Assembly: GCA_949935795.1 (NCBI GenBank)
Contig: CATLFX010000008.1
Location: 8,014-72,013, forward strand
Reading direction: 5' to 3'
Length of the DNA stretch: 64,000 bases
Source of the DNA: an uncultured Oscillospiraceae bacterium
GTDB taxonomy: Bacteria > Bacillota > Clostridia > Oscillospirales > Oscillospiraceae
Below, in pieces: positions 28,880-37,469 of this stretch (positions are counted from its first letter, which is position 1; each line of letters starts with the position of its first letter). The position numbers were made by a program, and so were the translations under genes. The notes under the pieces were generated by a model, which worked only from the letters and a program-made list of their open reading frames with translations, did not search any database and had not been told where the DNA came from.

Positions 28880-29254
28880 TTACTTGACGGCCACGGCCTC
28901 AATCTCAAACAGGGCCCCCTTGGGCAGGGCGGCCACCTGGACGCAGGAGCGGGCGGGGGCCTCGCCGGGGAAATACTTGGCGTAGATGGCGTTGATGGCG
29001 GCAAAATCGTTGATATCCGCCAAAAACACCGTGGTCTTCACCACGTCGGCGCAGGACATGCCGGCGGCGGCCAGCACGGCGGACAGGTTGTCCAGGGCCT
29101 GGGCGGCCTGGACCTCCACCCCCTGGGGCAGCTCGCCGGTGGCGGGGACCAGCCCCAGCTGGCCGGAGGTGTACAGGGTATTGCCCGCCAGCTTGGCGTG
29201 GCAGTAGGGGCCCACGGCGGCGGGGGCGTTGGGGGCGGTGATGGTCTTGTTCAC
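28880..29254 (-). CDS. ridA: RidA family enamine/imine deaminase
   Basis: APAAVGPY, SGQL, VVKTTVFL, PARSCVQVAALPKG..EIEA (catalytic Arg present). Confidence 0.9.
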   Translation of the reverse strand: MNKTITAPNAPAAVGPYCHAKLAGNTLYTSGQLGLVPATGELPQGVEVQAAQALDNLSAVLAAAGMSCADVVKTTVFLADINDFAAINAIYAKYFPGEAPARSCVQVAALPKGALFEIEAVAVK

Positions 29255-29399
29255 AGGAACTCCTCCTTGTTATGATGGATACCTCTATTATATTGCATTT
29301 TCCCAAAAAATCAATAGGAGCTAAAAATAAATTTTTCGTCCGAAAAATATTTTAGCCTCATGTGCTGGACGCTCCCCCAGCGGGAAGAGCCCGGTTTGG

Positions 29400-30113
29400 T
29401 CACTGTCCCCGGAGCAGGCCGGACTGGGCCATGGACACCATGTCTCCCCCGGCAAAAATGAGATGGTCCACCAGGGTAATGCCCACCGACTCCGCCAGCA
29501 CCCGCTTGAGCCGCAGCGTGGTGTCCACGTCCGCGTTGGAGGGCACCGCTATCCCGGACACATGGTTGTGGGCCAGCACCACCTGGCTGGCGTTGCAGTC
29601 CAAAGCGGCCTCCAGCACCTTCCGGGTGGCGATCTGCACCGTGTCCACCACCCCCTCGCTCAGCTTGCGGGTGGCCAGCAGGCGGCTGTTCCCGTCCATG
29701 CACACCAGATAGGCCAGCTCGTCCCGCTGGGCAAAAAAGTAGGGCTCCAGCAGCTCCCGGAGCTGCCACAGGTCCACGATCTGCCCCTCAAAGCTGGCGC
29801 TCTGCCGCATGTACCGGGCCGCCACGGCGGGGATCAGCTGGAGGAGGACGGCGGTGTTGTGGCCCACCCCCTCCACCTTCATCAGCTGGTCGTAGGTGGC
29901 GTGGAGCACCCCGGTCAGCGAGCCGAAGTGGTCCACCAGCCGGTGGGCCAGCGGGTTCAGATCCCCCTGGGGGATGGCGTAGAACAGCAGCAGCTCCAGC
30001 AGGCGGTGCTCCTCCATCTCCCCGCCCCCGGTGCGCAGGAATTCCTCCCGCATCCGCTTCCGGTGTCCGGCGTGGACGCTGGGCGGACGCTTTTCCTCCT
30101 TTTTCTCCGGCAC
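29400..30113 (-). CDS. radC: RadC family protein (HhH + JAB domain)
   Basis: GHRKRMR, LLELLLFYAIP, VEGVG HhH, AHNHVSG..PS.AD, LVDHLI. Confidence 0.88.
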   Translation of the reverse strand: MPEKKEEKRPPSVHAGHRKRMREEFLRTGGGEMEEHRLLELLLFYAIPQGDLNPLAHRLVDHFGSLTGVLHATYDQLMKVEGVGHNTAVLLQLIPAVAARYMRQSASFEGQIVDLWQLRELLEPYFFAQRDELAYLVCMDGNSRLLATRKLSEGVVDTVQIATRKVLEAALDCNASQVVLAHNHVSGIAVPSNADVDTTLRLKRVLAESVGITLVDHLIFAGGDMVSMAQSGLLRGQ

Positions 30114-30119
30114 GGAAGG

Positions 30120-30794
30120 TCAGCTCCTGGGGCCGTACTGGGCCAGGTAGTCCTCCATCCGGCCCAGCATGGCGTCGTCGATGTACACCTTCCCGTCCAC
30201 CTCTCTGTTGTGGAGGCAGTCCATGATGTCCCGGATGGTGACGATGGGGTGCACCTGGATGCCGTAGTCCTGGCGCAGCTCGTCCAGGGTGGTACAGTCC
30301 CGGGTGCCCCGCTCCATGCGGTCCACGCTGACAAACAGGGCGGCGAACTTGACGGCGGCCACGGATTTGAACAGCTCGATGGTCTCCCGCACGGCGGTGC
30401 CCGCCGTCACCACGTCCTCGATGATGGCGATCCGGTCGCCGTCCTGGGGCTTGTAGCCCACCATGGACCCGCCCTCGCCGTGGTCCTTGGCCTCCTTGCG
30501 GTTGAAGCAGTAGGGCAGGTCCCGGCCATAATTCCGGTACAGGGACGAGGCGGCGGCCACCGCCAGCGGAATGCCCTTGTAGGCCGGGCCGAACAAAGCG
30601 TCGACGCCCTCCGGCATGTGCTCCTGGATGCAGGCGGCGTAGTAGTCCCCCAGCCGGGCGGCCTGGGCCCCGGTCTTGTAGTTGCCGGTGTTGACAAAAT
30701 AGGGGGTCTTGCGGCCGGATTTGGTGGTGAAGTCCCCGAAGGTGAGCACGCCGGAGCGCACCATGAAGTGGATGAATTCCTCCCGATAGGTCAT
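30120..30794 (-). CDS. pyrE: Orotate phosphoribosyltransferase
   Basis: FGDFTTKSGRKTPYF, FGPAYKGIP, FNRKEAKDHGEGG, IIEDVVTAGTA. Confidence 0.95.
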   Translation of the reverse strand: MTYREEFIHFMVRSGVLTFGDFTTKSGRKTPYFVNTGNYKTGAQAARLGDYYAACIQEHMPEGVDALFGPAYKGIPLAVAAASSLYRNYGRDLPYCFNRKEAKDHGEGGSMVGYKPQDGDRIAIIEDVVTAGTAVRETIELFKSVAAVKFAALFVSVDRMERGTRDCTTLDELRQDYGIQVHPIVTIRDIMDCLHNREVDGKVYIDDAMLGRMEDYLAQYGPRS

Positions 30795-30884
30795 AGGACC
30801 GTCCTCCTTATCTGTGTGTTCAGCAAAGTATAGCACGATTTTGAGCGTGGGGCAAGCCTCTCCCGTCCGCTCAGGGGAGGGCCG

Positions 30885-31796
30885 TCAGACCCTGGGCTGG
30901 TAGCTCAGCCCGGCGGGGTAGAAAAAGTTCACCTTTTTGTCCGACAGCCTGATGGTCAGCTCCTTGGCCCGGAGGGGCTCGCCGTCCACCACCGCCACCA
31001 GCTCCTGGGGGCTGCGGACGGTGACGCCGTTTCCCTGCCCGTACCGGATGAGGTTCGGGTATCTGGCGTAACGGCCCCTGCCGTACTCCCCCACCAGCCG
31101 GAAAAAGGTGAGCCGGTCCACCTTGCGGACCACCAGCGTCTCCAGCAGGCCGTCGTCGGGCATATTGTCCCCCACGGGCATGAAGCCGCCGCCGTAGTAC
31201 CGGCCGCTGCATACGCAGATGATGGTGGCCTCCCCCTCGAAGTGGTAGTTCTCCATGTCCACCACAACGGGCTGGGAGATGCGCTTGAACAGCACGTTGG
31301 CCACGGCGGAGATGGCGTAGGCCCCAATGCCGGAGACCAGGGGAAAGCTGTTGTACTTGTCTTTATCCACCGCCACCCGGGCGTCCAGGCCGGTGCACAC
31401 GATGTCGATGCCCAGGCGTCCGTTGCAGTCGATGAGGTCCATGGCGGCCTGGGGGCCTTCGGACAGGGCCTTCAGGTCGGAAAAACGGGCCTTGTTCTCT
31501 TTTCCAAATATTTTTAGGAAATCATTGCCGGTGCCGGCGGGCACGTTGGTGACGGCGGCGCTGTCAAAGCCCGCCGCCCCGTTGACCACCTCGTTGAGGG
31601 TGCCGTCCCCGCCGCAGGCGTAGATGCGCACCTCCCCGCCGAATTCCGCCGCCTCCCGGGCCGCGCGGCGGGCGTCCCCCGGCCCCTCGGTAAACACAAT
31701 CTCATAGGGCAGGTCCAGGTCCTGGATGCTGTCCACCAGTGCTTTTGTGCTCCGCTTTTTACCCGCCGTGGGGTTGATGATAAAGACATGTTTCAT
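30885..31796 (-). CDS. YegS/BmrU (diacylglycerol kinase family) lipid kinase
   Basis: IINPTAG, CGGDGTLNEVVNG, PAGTGNDF, YYGGG, VDGE. Confidence 0.9.
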   Translation of the reverse strand: MKHVFIINPTAGKKRSTKALVDSIQDLDLPYEIVFTEGPGDARRAAREAAEFGGEVRIYACGGDGTLNEVVNGAAGFDSAAVTNVPAGTGNDFLKIFGKENKARFSDLKALSEGPQAAMDLIDCNGRLGIDIVCTGLDARVAVDKDKYNSFPLVSGIGAYAISAVANVLFKRISQPVVVDMENYHFEGEATIICVCSGRYYGGGFMPVGDNMPDDGLLETLVVRKVDRLTFFRLVGEYGRGRYARYPNLIRYGQGNGVTVRSPQELVAVVDGEPLRAKELTIRLSDKKVNFFYPAGLSYQPRV

Positions 31797-31867
31797 GGTC
31801 CCGCTTCTCCTTTGCTCTCTCTTTTCTCCCGCATCGCCCGTCACATGCCGCCGGGGCACGTCTATCC

Positions 31868-33130
31868 TCACACTCCGCTGTTGTCACGCTCGGATTGGAC
31901 GCGCTGTTCCCGGCGCCTTCCTTCCGACTCGGCCTGGTCTGCGGGCGGCTGCGCCGCCCTCCGCTCGGCCTCGCTCCAGTCCATCCGCCGGGGCGCGTCT
32001 ATCCTTGCGCTTCTTCCATACATAAACAGATCACATTTAATCATTCCGTTATACAATTTCCGCTTTTTGTCCGCCGGCCTGCCGAAGGCGCGCTCAAACT
32101 CGGTATGGGAGCTCAATACGTCCACCTCCCAGCCGGGCGGCAGCGCCCGCGCCGCTTTGCCAAAGGCCCGGTACAGGTCCTCCGCCTCCTTTTTCTCCAG
32201 CAGCCGCTCTCCATAGGGCGGATTGGTCACCACCCGGCCCTTGGGCTCGTTTCGGTGGAATTTGGCGGCGTCCGCCGCGTCAAAGCGCACCGTGTCCTCC
32301 ACCCCGGCCAATTTCGCGTTGTGCCGGGACAGCTCCACGGCGGCGGGGTCGACGTCCCCACCCCAGATGTCGTAAACGCCGTGGAACTCGTGGTCCATGG
32401 CCTCCTCCGCCGCGTCCATCCACAGCTTGGAGGGCAGCTGCTTCCACCGCTGGGCGGCGAAGGAGCGGTTCAGCCCCGGGGCCCGGTTCTTGGCGATGAG
32501 GGCCGCCTCGATGGGGATGGTTCCCGAGCCGCAGAAGGGGTCGCAGAAGGGGTCCCGGCCCTTGTACCGGGACAGGGACACCAGCGCCGCCGCCAGGGTC
32601 TCCCGTAGGGGCGCGCCCATGTTCTGGGCCCGGTAGCCCCGTTTATAGAGGCTGTCGCCGGAGGTGTCCAGCATTAGAGTCACTGTATCCTTCAAAATGG
32701 AGAACTGCACCTGGTATAAGGTTCCGGTTTCAGGGAGGATCTCCAAACCATAGGCCGGCCCCAGCCTTTTGCACAGCGCCTTTTTCAGGATGGACTGGCA
32801 GGCGGGCACCGAGTGGAGCTGGGAGCTCACCGAGTAGCCCTTCACCGGGAAGCGGCCCTCCCGGGGGATGAAGTCCTCCCAGGGCAGGGCGGCACAGCCC
32901 TGAAACAGCTCCTCGAAGGAGCGGGCCTCAAAGGACCCCAGGCACAGCAGGACCCTGGCCCCGGTACGCAGGTTCAGGTTCAGCCTTGGGATGTCGGCCA
33001 GGCCGCCCCGGCACAGCACCCGGCCGTTCTCCGCCCGGACCTGGGACAGCCCCAGCTTTTTCAACTCATAGGAAACGGTGCTCTCCACCCCCATGAGGGC
33101 GGGTATGACAAACTGTAATGTCTGATCCAT
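31868..33130 (-). CDS. THUMP-domain RNA methyltransferase (RlmL/YpsC-like)
   Basis: LDTSGDSLYKRGYR, APLRETLAA, DPFCGSGTIPIEAA, VTNPPYGERL, KKRKLYNG. Confidence 0.9.
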   Translation of the reverse strand: MDQTLQFVIPALMGVESTVSYELKKLGLSQVRAENGRVLCRGGLADIPRLNLNLRTGARVLLCLGSFEARSFEELFQGCAALPWEDFIPREGRFPVKGYSVSSQLHSVPACQSILKKALCKRLGPAYGLEILPETGTLYQVQFSILKDTVTLMLDTSGDSLYKRGYRAQNMGAPLRETLAAALVSLSRYKGRDPFCDPFCGSGTIPIEAALIAKNRAPGLNRSFAAQRWKQLPSKLWMDAAEEAMDHEFHGVYDIWGGDVDPAAVELSRHNAKLAGVEDTVRFDAADAAKFHRNEPKGRVVTNPPYGERLLEKKEAEDLYRAFGKAARALPPGWEVDVLSSHTEFERAFGRPADKKRKLYNGMIKCDLFMYGRSARIDAPRRMDWSEAERRAAQPPADQAESEGRRREQRVQSERDNSGV

Positions 33131-33148
33131 AAAACGCTCCAAACAAAT

Positions 33149-33303
33149 TTTTTGAAAAACCCTTGACCTGCTCTCTGGTATCCCCGCCCGGCGGGCGGGA
33201 ATACCGCGGAATAGCTTTTTGAAAAACCCTTGACCTGCTCTTTGGTATCCCCGCCCGGCGGGCGGGGATACCGCGGAAAAGTTTTTTTGAAAAACCCCTT
33301 GAC
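33149..33303. repeat. Tandem repeat, 67-68 bp period, about 2.3 copies, with internal palindrome
   Basis: TTTTTGAAAAACCC(C)TTGAC occurs three times, separated by near-identical segments containing GGTATCCCCGCCC-GGC-GGGCGGG(A/G)ATACC. Confidence 0.9.
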
Positions 33304-33329
33304 TTTACATTTAGTGGAAGGTGTAGTAT
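33299..33329 (+). promoter_or_regulatory. MerR-type promoter (19-bp spacer with dyad)
   Basis: TTGACT-19 bp-TAGTAT with ACTTTAC-N7-GGAAGGT, resembling the CueR-type dyad ACCTTCC-N7-GGAAGGT. Confidence 0.55.
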
Positions 33330-33482
33330 CATGTCACAGGGAGGGGAAAGACTTTACAAACTCCAGTATAATGTAAAATGGAAGCGCTGGCAACAATAAT
33401 ATAGTCTGAAGCGTGAAAAACTTCTTTCCCCGGCCGGCGATCTGTGATACAATTTATTGGAAGCGAGAAAGGAGTGCAGCAT

Positions 33483-33965
33483 ATGCCGTTTGACGCAGAA
33501 TCCATGATGCAGATTATCTGGCTGGTCCTGCTGATCGTCTTCGCCGCCAGCGAGGCCGCCACCGTGGGGCTCACCTCCATCTGGTTTGCCGCCGGGTCGT
33601 TGATTGCCCTCATCGCCGCCCTGCTGGGCGGACCCATGTGGGTGCAGATCACCCTGTTCCTGGCGGTGAGCCTGCTGTGCCTGGCGGCGGTGCGGCCCCT
33701 GGCCAAAAAGCTTCTGAACGACAGGGTGGTGCCCACCAACGCCGACCGGGTCATCGGGGCCCAGGCCCAGGTGACGGAGGACATCGACAACATCCACGGC
33801 AAGGGAACGGTCATCATCCGGGGCATAGCCTGGTCCGCCCGGAGCCAGGACGGCGGGCCCATCACCGCCGGGACCATGGTAAAGGTCCTGCGCATTGAGG
33901 GAGTCAAGGTGTTCGTGGAGCCCATCGCCGCCCCGGTCTCTTCCGGGGAGCCCAGGAACTGGTAG
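33483..33965 (+). CDS. NfeD family membrane protein
   Basis: Hydrophobic N-terminus; C-terminal OB fold (TNADRVIG, G..WSARS, V.RIEGVK.FV); next to an SPFH gene. Confidence 0.9.
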   Translation: MPFDAESMMQIIWLVLLIVFAASEAATVGLTSIWFAAGSLIALIAALLGGPMWVQITLFLAVSLLCLAAVRPLAKKLLNDRVVPTNADRVIGAQAQVTEDIDNIHGKGTVIIRGIAWSARSQDGGPITAGTMVKVLRIEGVKVFVEPIAAPVSSGEPRNW

Positions 33966-33977
33966 GAGGGCGCAGCC

Positions 33978-34136
33978 ATGAAAAAAGCATTGCTGGCCGC
34001 CGCCGTCACGCTGGCCGTGGGGTATCTCGCGCTGGCCCTTTTCTGGAACATGGGCGGCGGCGGATATCTGGGCCTGCTGGTGGCCATCGCCGTCATGGGC
34101 GGCTTCATCATCTACTTCAACGAAACAAAAAAGTGA
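33978..34136 (+). CDS. Small 52-aa two-helix membrane protein
   Basis: Below the ORF-track cutoff; RBS AGGAGG; MKKALLAAAVTLAVGYLALALFWNMGGGGYLGLLVAIAVMGGFIIYFNETKK. Confidence 0.75.
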   Translation: MKKALLAAAVTLAVGYLALALFWNMGGGGYLGLLVAIAVMGGFIIYFNETKK

Positions 34137-34183
34137 CGTTATAGGCAAATCAATAAAGAGAGCTATTTTAAGGAGGTAGTCAA

Positions 34184-35173
34184 ATGAAAACATTCGCACT
34201 GGCCGGAGCCATCGGGTTTGAAGCCCTGGTTGGACCCATCATCGCCTTGCTGGTTATCGTGATCCTGCTGGGCATCCTGGCCGCCAACGTCAAGGTGGTC
34301 CAGCAGTCCAAGGCCGTGGTCATTGAGCGCCTGGGCGCTTTCCGCACCGTGTGGGGGGTGGGCCTGCATTTGAAGGTCCCCTTCATTGAGCGGGTGGCCA
34401 AGACCGTGTCCCTCAAGGAGCAGGTGGTGGATTTCGACCCCCAGCCCGTCATCACCAAGGACAACGTCACCATGCAGATCGACACCGTGCTGTACTTCCA
34501 GATCACCGACCCCAAGCTGTACACCTACGGCGTGGAGCACCCCATGAGCGCCATTGAGAACCTGACCGCCACCACCCTCCGCAATATTATCGGCGATCTG
34601 GAGCTGGACCAGTCCCTGACCAGCCGGGACCACATCAACACCCAGATGCGGGCCATCCTGGACGAGGCCACCGATCCCTGGGGCATCAAGGTGAACCGGG
34701 TGGAACTGAAGAACATCATGCCGCCCCGGGACATCCAGGAGTCCATGGAGAAGCAGATGCGGGCCGAGCGCGAGCGCCGCGAGGCCATCCTCCAGGCCGA
34801 GGGCCAGAAGCAGTCCCAGATTCTGGTGGCCGAGGGCGAGAAGCAGTCCGCCATCCTCCGGGCCGACGCGGCCAAGCAGGCCAAGATCATGGAGGCCGAG
34901 GCGGAGAAGACCGCCAAGATTCTGGCCGCCGAGGCCGAGTCCGAGGCCATCATGAAGGTGCAGCAGGCCACCGCCGACGCCATCAAGCTCATCAACGAGG
35001 CCGCCCCCGGCGACGGCGTTATCAAGATCCGGGCCCTGGAGGCCTTCGCCAAGGCCGCCGACGGCCGGGCCACCAAGATCATCGTCCCCAGCGAGCTGCA
35101 GGGGCTGGCGGGGCTGTGCGCCACCGCCAAGAGCGTGTTCGACACCGTGGAGCCCAACCCGCCCAAGAAATAA
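34184..35173 (+). CDS. SPFH/Band 7 (stomatin/QmcA-like) protein
   Basis: VIERLG, QPVITKDNVTMQID, TTLRNIIG, WGIKVNRVE, QMRAERERR coiled coil. Confidence 0.93.
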   Translation: MKTFALAGAIGFEALVGPIIALLVIVILLGILAANVKVVQQSKAVVIERLGAFRTVWGVGLHLKVPFIERVAKTVSLKEQVVDFDPQPVITKDNVTMQIDTVLYFQITDPKLYTYGVEHPMSAIENLTATTLRNIIGDLELDQSLTSRDHINTQMRAILDEATDPWGIKVNRVELKNIMPPRDIQESMEKQMRAERERREAILQAEGQKQSQILVAEGEKQSAILRADAAKQAKIMEAEAEKTAKILAAEAESEAIMKVQQATADAIKLINEAAPGDGVIKIRALEAFAKAADGRATKIIVPSELQGLAGLCATAKSVFDTVEPNPPKK

Positions 35174-35191
35174 GCGCCGGAAAACATGAGT

Positions 35192-35224
35192 GCGGCCCCG
35201 GAGGATTCCTCCGGGGCCGTTTCC
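35192..35224. terminator. Terminator after the SPFH gene
   Basis: CGGCCCCGGAGGA-T-TCCTCCGGGGCCG followed by T's. Confidence 0.7.
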
Positions 35225-35262
35225 TGTACTTTTTGTTCTTTGACATGGGCAGAAGCGCCCGC

Positions 35263-36210
35263 TTACCCGGCCGTCTGGAAGCCGTCCAGCACAGTCTTCA
35301 AAACCTCCATCGCGCGGTCGGGCGTCAGCTCACTGTTTATAGTATCGTTTCCCCACATTGCCACTTGGAACAGCGCACCGTCAATGAGGAAATGGGCGCT
35401 CAGGCTGATTTTTTTCGAGGCGGGCTGGACCGCCTGGATGATGAGGACGTCCAGGCCGTTTGGGGTGGTATAGGTCCTCTGGGTCACCTCACAGTCCTTC
35501 CCGTAGAGCATGCCAAATCTGGCGTGCCTGCCGTCTCCCAGCGCTTTTTCATAGTGACCGTCTACGTGCCGGTATCCCTCCGCTGTGATCGGATATCCAT
35601 TGCTGTCATAATAAAGGGTCCCTTCCGCCCGCTCGGTATAGATGGCCTCAAAAATATCAACCTGGACGCCGTCCACCAGATAGGAGCCGTTTCCCTGGAT
35701 GATCCTCAGCTCCCCATCCTCCGTGGACACAGGCACAAGCAAAACATGGGTCGTCCGTTCATGGTTCCAGGGGTTCGCGATCTTCAACCCAGGCTCGGCG
35801 CTGTCCAGTACCGGATTGTGGACGACCTCCACGCCGACAAATGCCTGCATCTCGTCCCAGGTGTTGAAATGTCTGCACTGCTGGGACATATCTTCCTCCC
35901 CCAACGCAATCAATTCCTGGGTGAAACTGTCCAGCGGGTAAAAGTCCACCGCGAATTCCACGCTGGCGCCGTCCTTATTGCTGAAGGGCGATGTCCAGTA
36001 GACCCGCATATTCAGATCGGCCAGCTCCGTCACGGCGAAGGCCGTCCCCACCAGCGCCAGGCAAACCGCCGCCGCGATGAGGACCGTCCGCAGGGGCCGG
36101 ACCCTGGTCCGGGGCTTTTCCGCCCGCTCCGCCGCCGCCTGGACCCGCGCCCGAAGCTCGGGACCGGGGTCGAAACATTCCATGGCCTTTTGATAATCCT
36201 GTTCTGTCAT
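35263..36210 (-). CDS. Putative anti-sigma factor (single TM, extracytoplasmic domain)
   Basis: Start overlaps the ECF sigma stop; short N-terminal helix, then TM segment LIAAAVCLALVGTAFA, then a soluble domain. Confidence 0.65.
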   Translation of the reverse strand: MTEQDYQKAMECFDPGPELRARVQAAAERAEKPRTRVRPLRTVLIAAAVCLALVGTAFAVTELADLNMRVYWTSPFSNKDGASVEFAVDFYPLDSFTQELIALGEEDMSQQCRHFNTWDEMQAFVGVEVVHNPVLDSAEPGLKIANPWNHERTTHVLLVPVSTEDGELRIIQGNGSYLVDGVQVDIFEAIYTERAEGTLYYDSNGYPITAEGYRHVDGHYEKALGDGRHARFGMLYGKDCEVTQRTYTTPNGLDVLIIQAVQPASKKISLSAHFLIDGALFQVAMWGNDTINSELTPDRAMEVLKTVLDGFQTAG

Positions 36211-36755
36211 CGTTGTCCCTCCATTTCTTTGCGCAGCAGCTCCCGGCCCCGCTTGAGCCGCATCTTCACCGCCGACCGTCCCAGCTTCAAAATCTCACCG
36301 ATCTCCGCCACCGAGTAGCCCTCGCAGTAGTGCAGGTGGATGGGCCCCTTGTACTGCTCCGGCAGGGCCACGATGGCCTCCGCCAGCCCCAGGCTCTCCG
36401 GGTCCTGGGCGGGCAGGCCGGGCTCCAGCTCCACCGCCCGCTTCCGCCAGAACCCCTTGAGCTGGTCCCGGCACAGGTTCACCGCCACCCGCAGCAGCCA
36501 CCGCTTTTCGTGCTCTCCGTCGGCGAAGGCAGGGGCGCGGTTCAGCAGGCGGACAAAGACCTCCTGGGTCACATCCTCCGCGTCCGCCCGCCGTCCCAGG
36601 TACACCATGGCTAGCCGGTACACCATGGGACCGTAGGCGTCATAGGCCGCCTCAAACCCCAGCGCGGCCCTGGGCCGGCCGTCCACGGGGCTCTCCTCCT
36701 CCCGAAAGCCCGGGGGCGCAGCGGTCAGGGCGGCTGTCTGGGCTGTATCTGTCAT
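36207..36755 (-). CDS. ECF RNA polymerase sigma factor
   Basis: DAEDVTQEVF, WLLRVAVNLCRD, LHYCEGYSVAEIGEIL...VKMRLKRGR. Confidence 0.92.
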   Translation of the reverse strand: MTDTAQTAALTAAPPGFREEESPVDGRPRAALGFEAAYDAYGPMVYRLAMVYLGRRADAEDVTQEVFVRLLNRAPAFADGEHEKRWLLRVAVNLCRDQLKGFWRKRAVELEPGLPAQDPESLGLAEAIVALPEQYKGPIHLHYCEGYSVAEIGEILKLGRSAVKMRLKRGRELLRKEMEGQR

Positions 36756-36917
36756 GCCATCAGCTCCTTTCACTGATATAACGACCCAGGGCGGGGACAG
36801 GTCACACCCCATCCCAAATTTTTCGCCGGACCGCCAAAAAATCGCAAAGGCCGGGACAGGAATCTCTCCCCGCCCCGGCCCTCTCTATATTCTCGCTTCG
36901 CTCTGTGCGCGGGATTT

Positions 36918-37469
36918 CTACGCCCTTGTGTCCACATCCCGCAGCTCCTCCGCCCCTCCCGCCTCCACCAGCCGCAAAAGGTCCCGGTGGGCCCGGATGA
37001 CCCCGCCCCCGCCCCGGTCCCCGGTGAGGGCCAGCAGCTCCGGGAACAAATCACGGGGAAACACCGCCGGGGACCCCCGCTCCCCCTTCCAGCTCAGGGA
37101 GCAGATACAGCCGGGATGGCCGGAAAAGTCCGCCAGCAGCCGCTCCACACTGTCACGCCGCAGCCAGGGCTGGTCGCACACGCAGAACATCACCCCGTCC
37201 AGATCCGCCAGGCGGGACAGCCCCAGCCGGACGGAGGCGGACTGCCCCTGGGCGGCGTCCGGATTGGGTACGGACAGATAGCCCCGCTCTCTGGCCAGGG
37301 CCAGAATCTCCGGGTAGCAGCTCACCACGCAGGCCCGGTCAAAGAGCTCCGCCGGGACGGCCTGGAAAGCCCGCTGAATCATGGGCACGCCGTCCACCGG
37401 GTGGAGCAGTTTGTTGCTGCCGAACCGCTTTCCCGCTCCAGAGGCCATCAGCACCGCGCCGGCCCTCAT
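36918..37469 (-). CDS. MocA/MobA-like nucleotidyltransferase (probable molybdenum cofactor cytidylyltransferase)
   Basis: LMASGAGKRFGSNKLL, GQSASVRLG, CDQP, GSPAVF, GDRGG, DVDT; in the xdh cluster. Confidence 0.82.
   Translation of the reverse strand: MRAGAVLMASGAGKRFGSNKLLHPVDGVPMIQRAFQAVPAELFDRACVVSCYPEILALARERGYLSVPNPDAAQGQSASVRLGLSRLADLDGVMFCVCDQPWLRRDSVERLLADFSGHPGCICSLSWKGERGSPAVFPRDLFPELLALTGDRGGGGVIRAHRDLLRLVEAGGAEELRDVDTRA

Noticed and set aside
29400-30113. radC as a marker of a mobile element
   Set aside because: It is the full-length HhH+JAB form directly downstream of pyrE with host-like composition; no integrase or att site is nearby.
33149-33303. Possible mini CRISPR array
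   Set aside because: The 'spacers' are near-identical and carry the palindrome themselves, and there are no cas genes; this is a tandem repeat.
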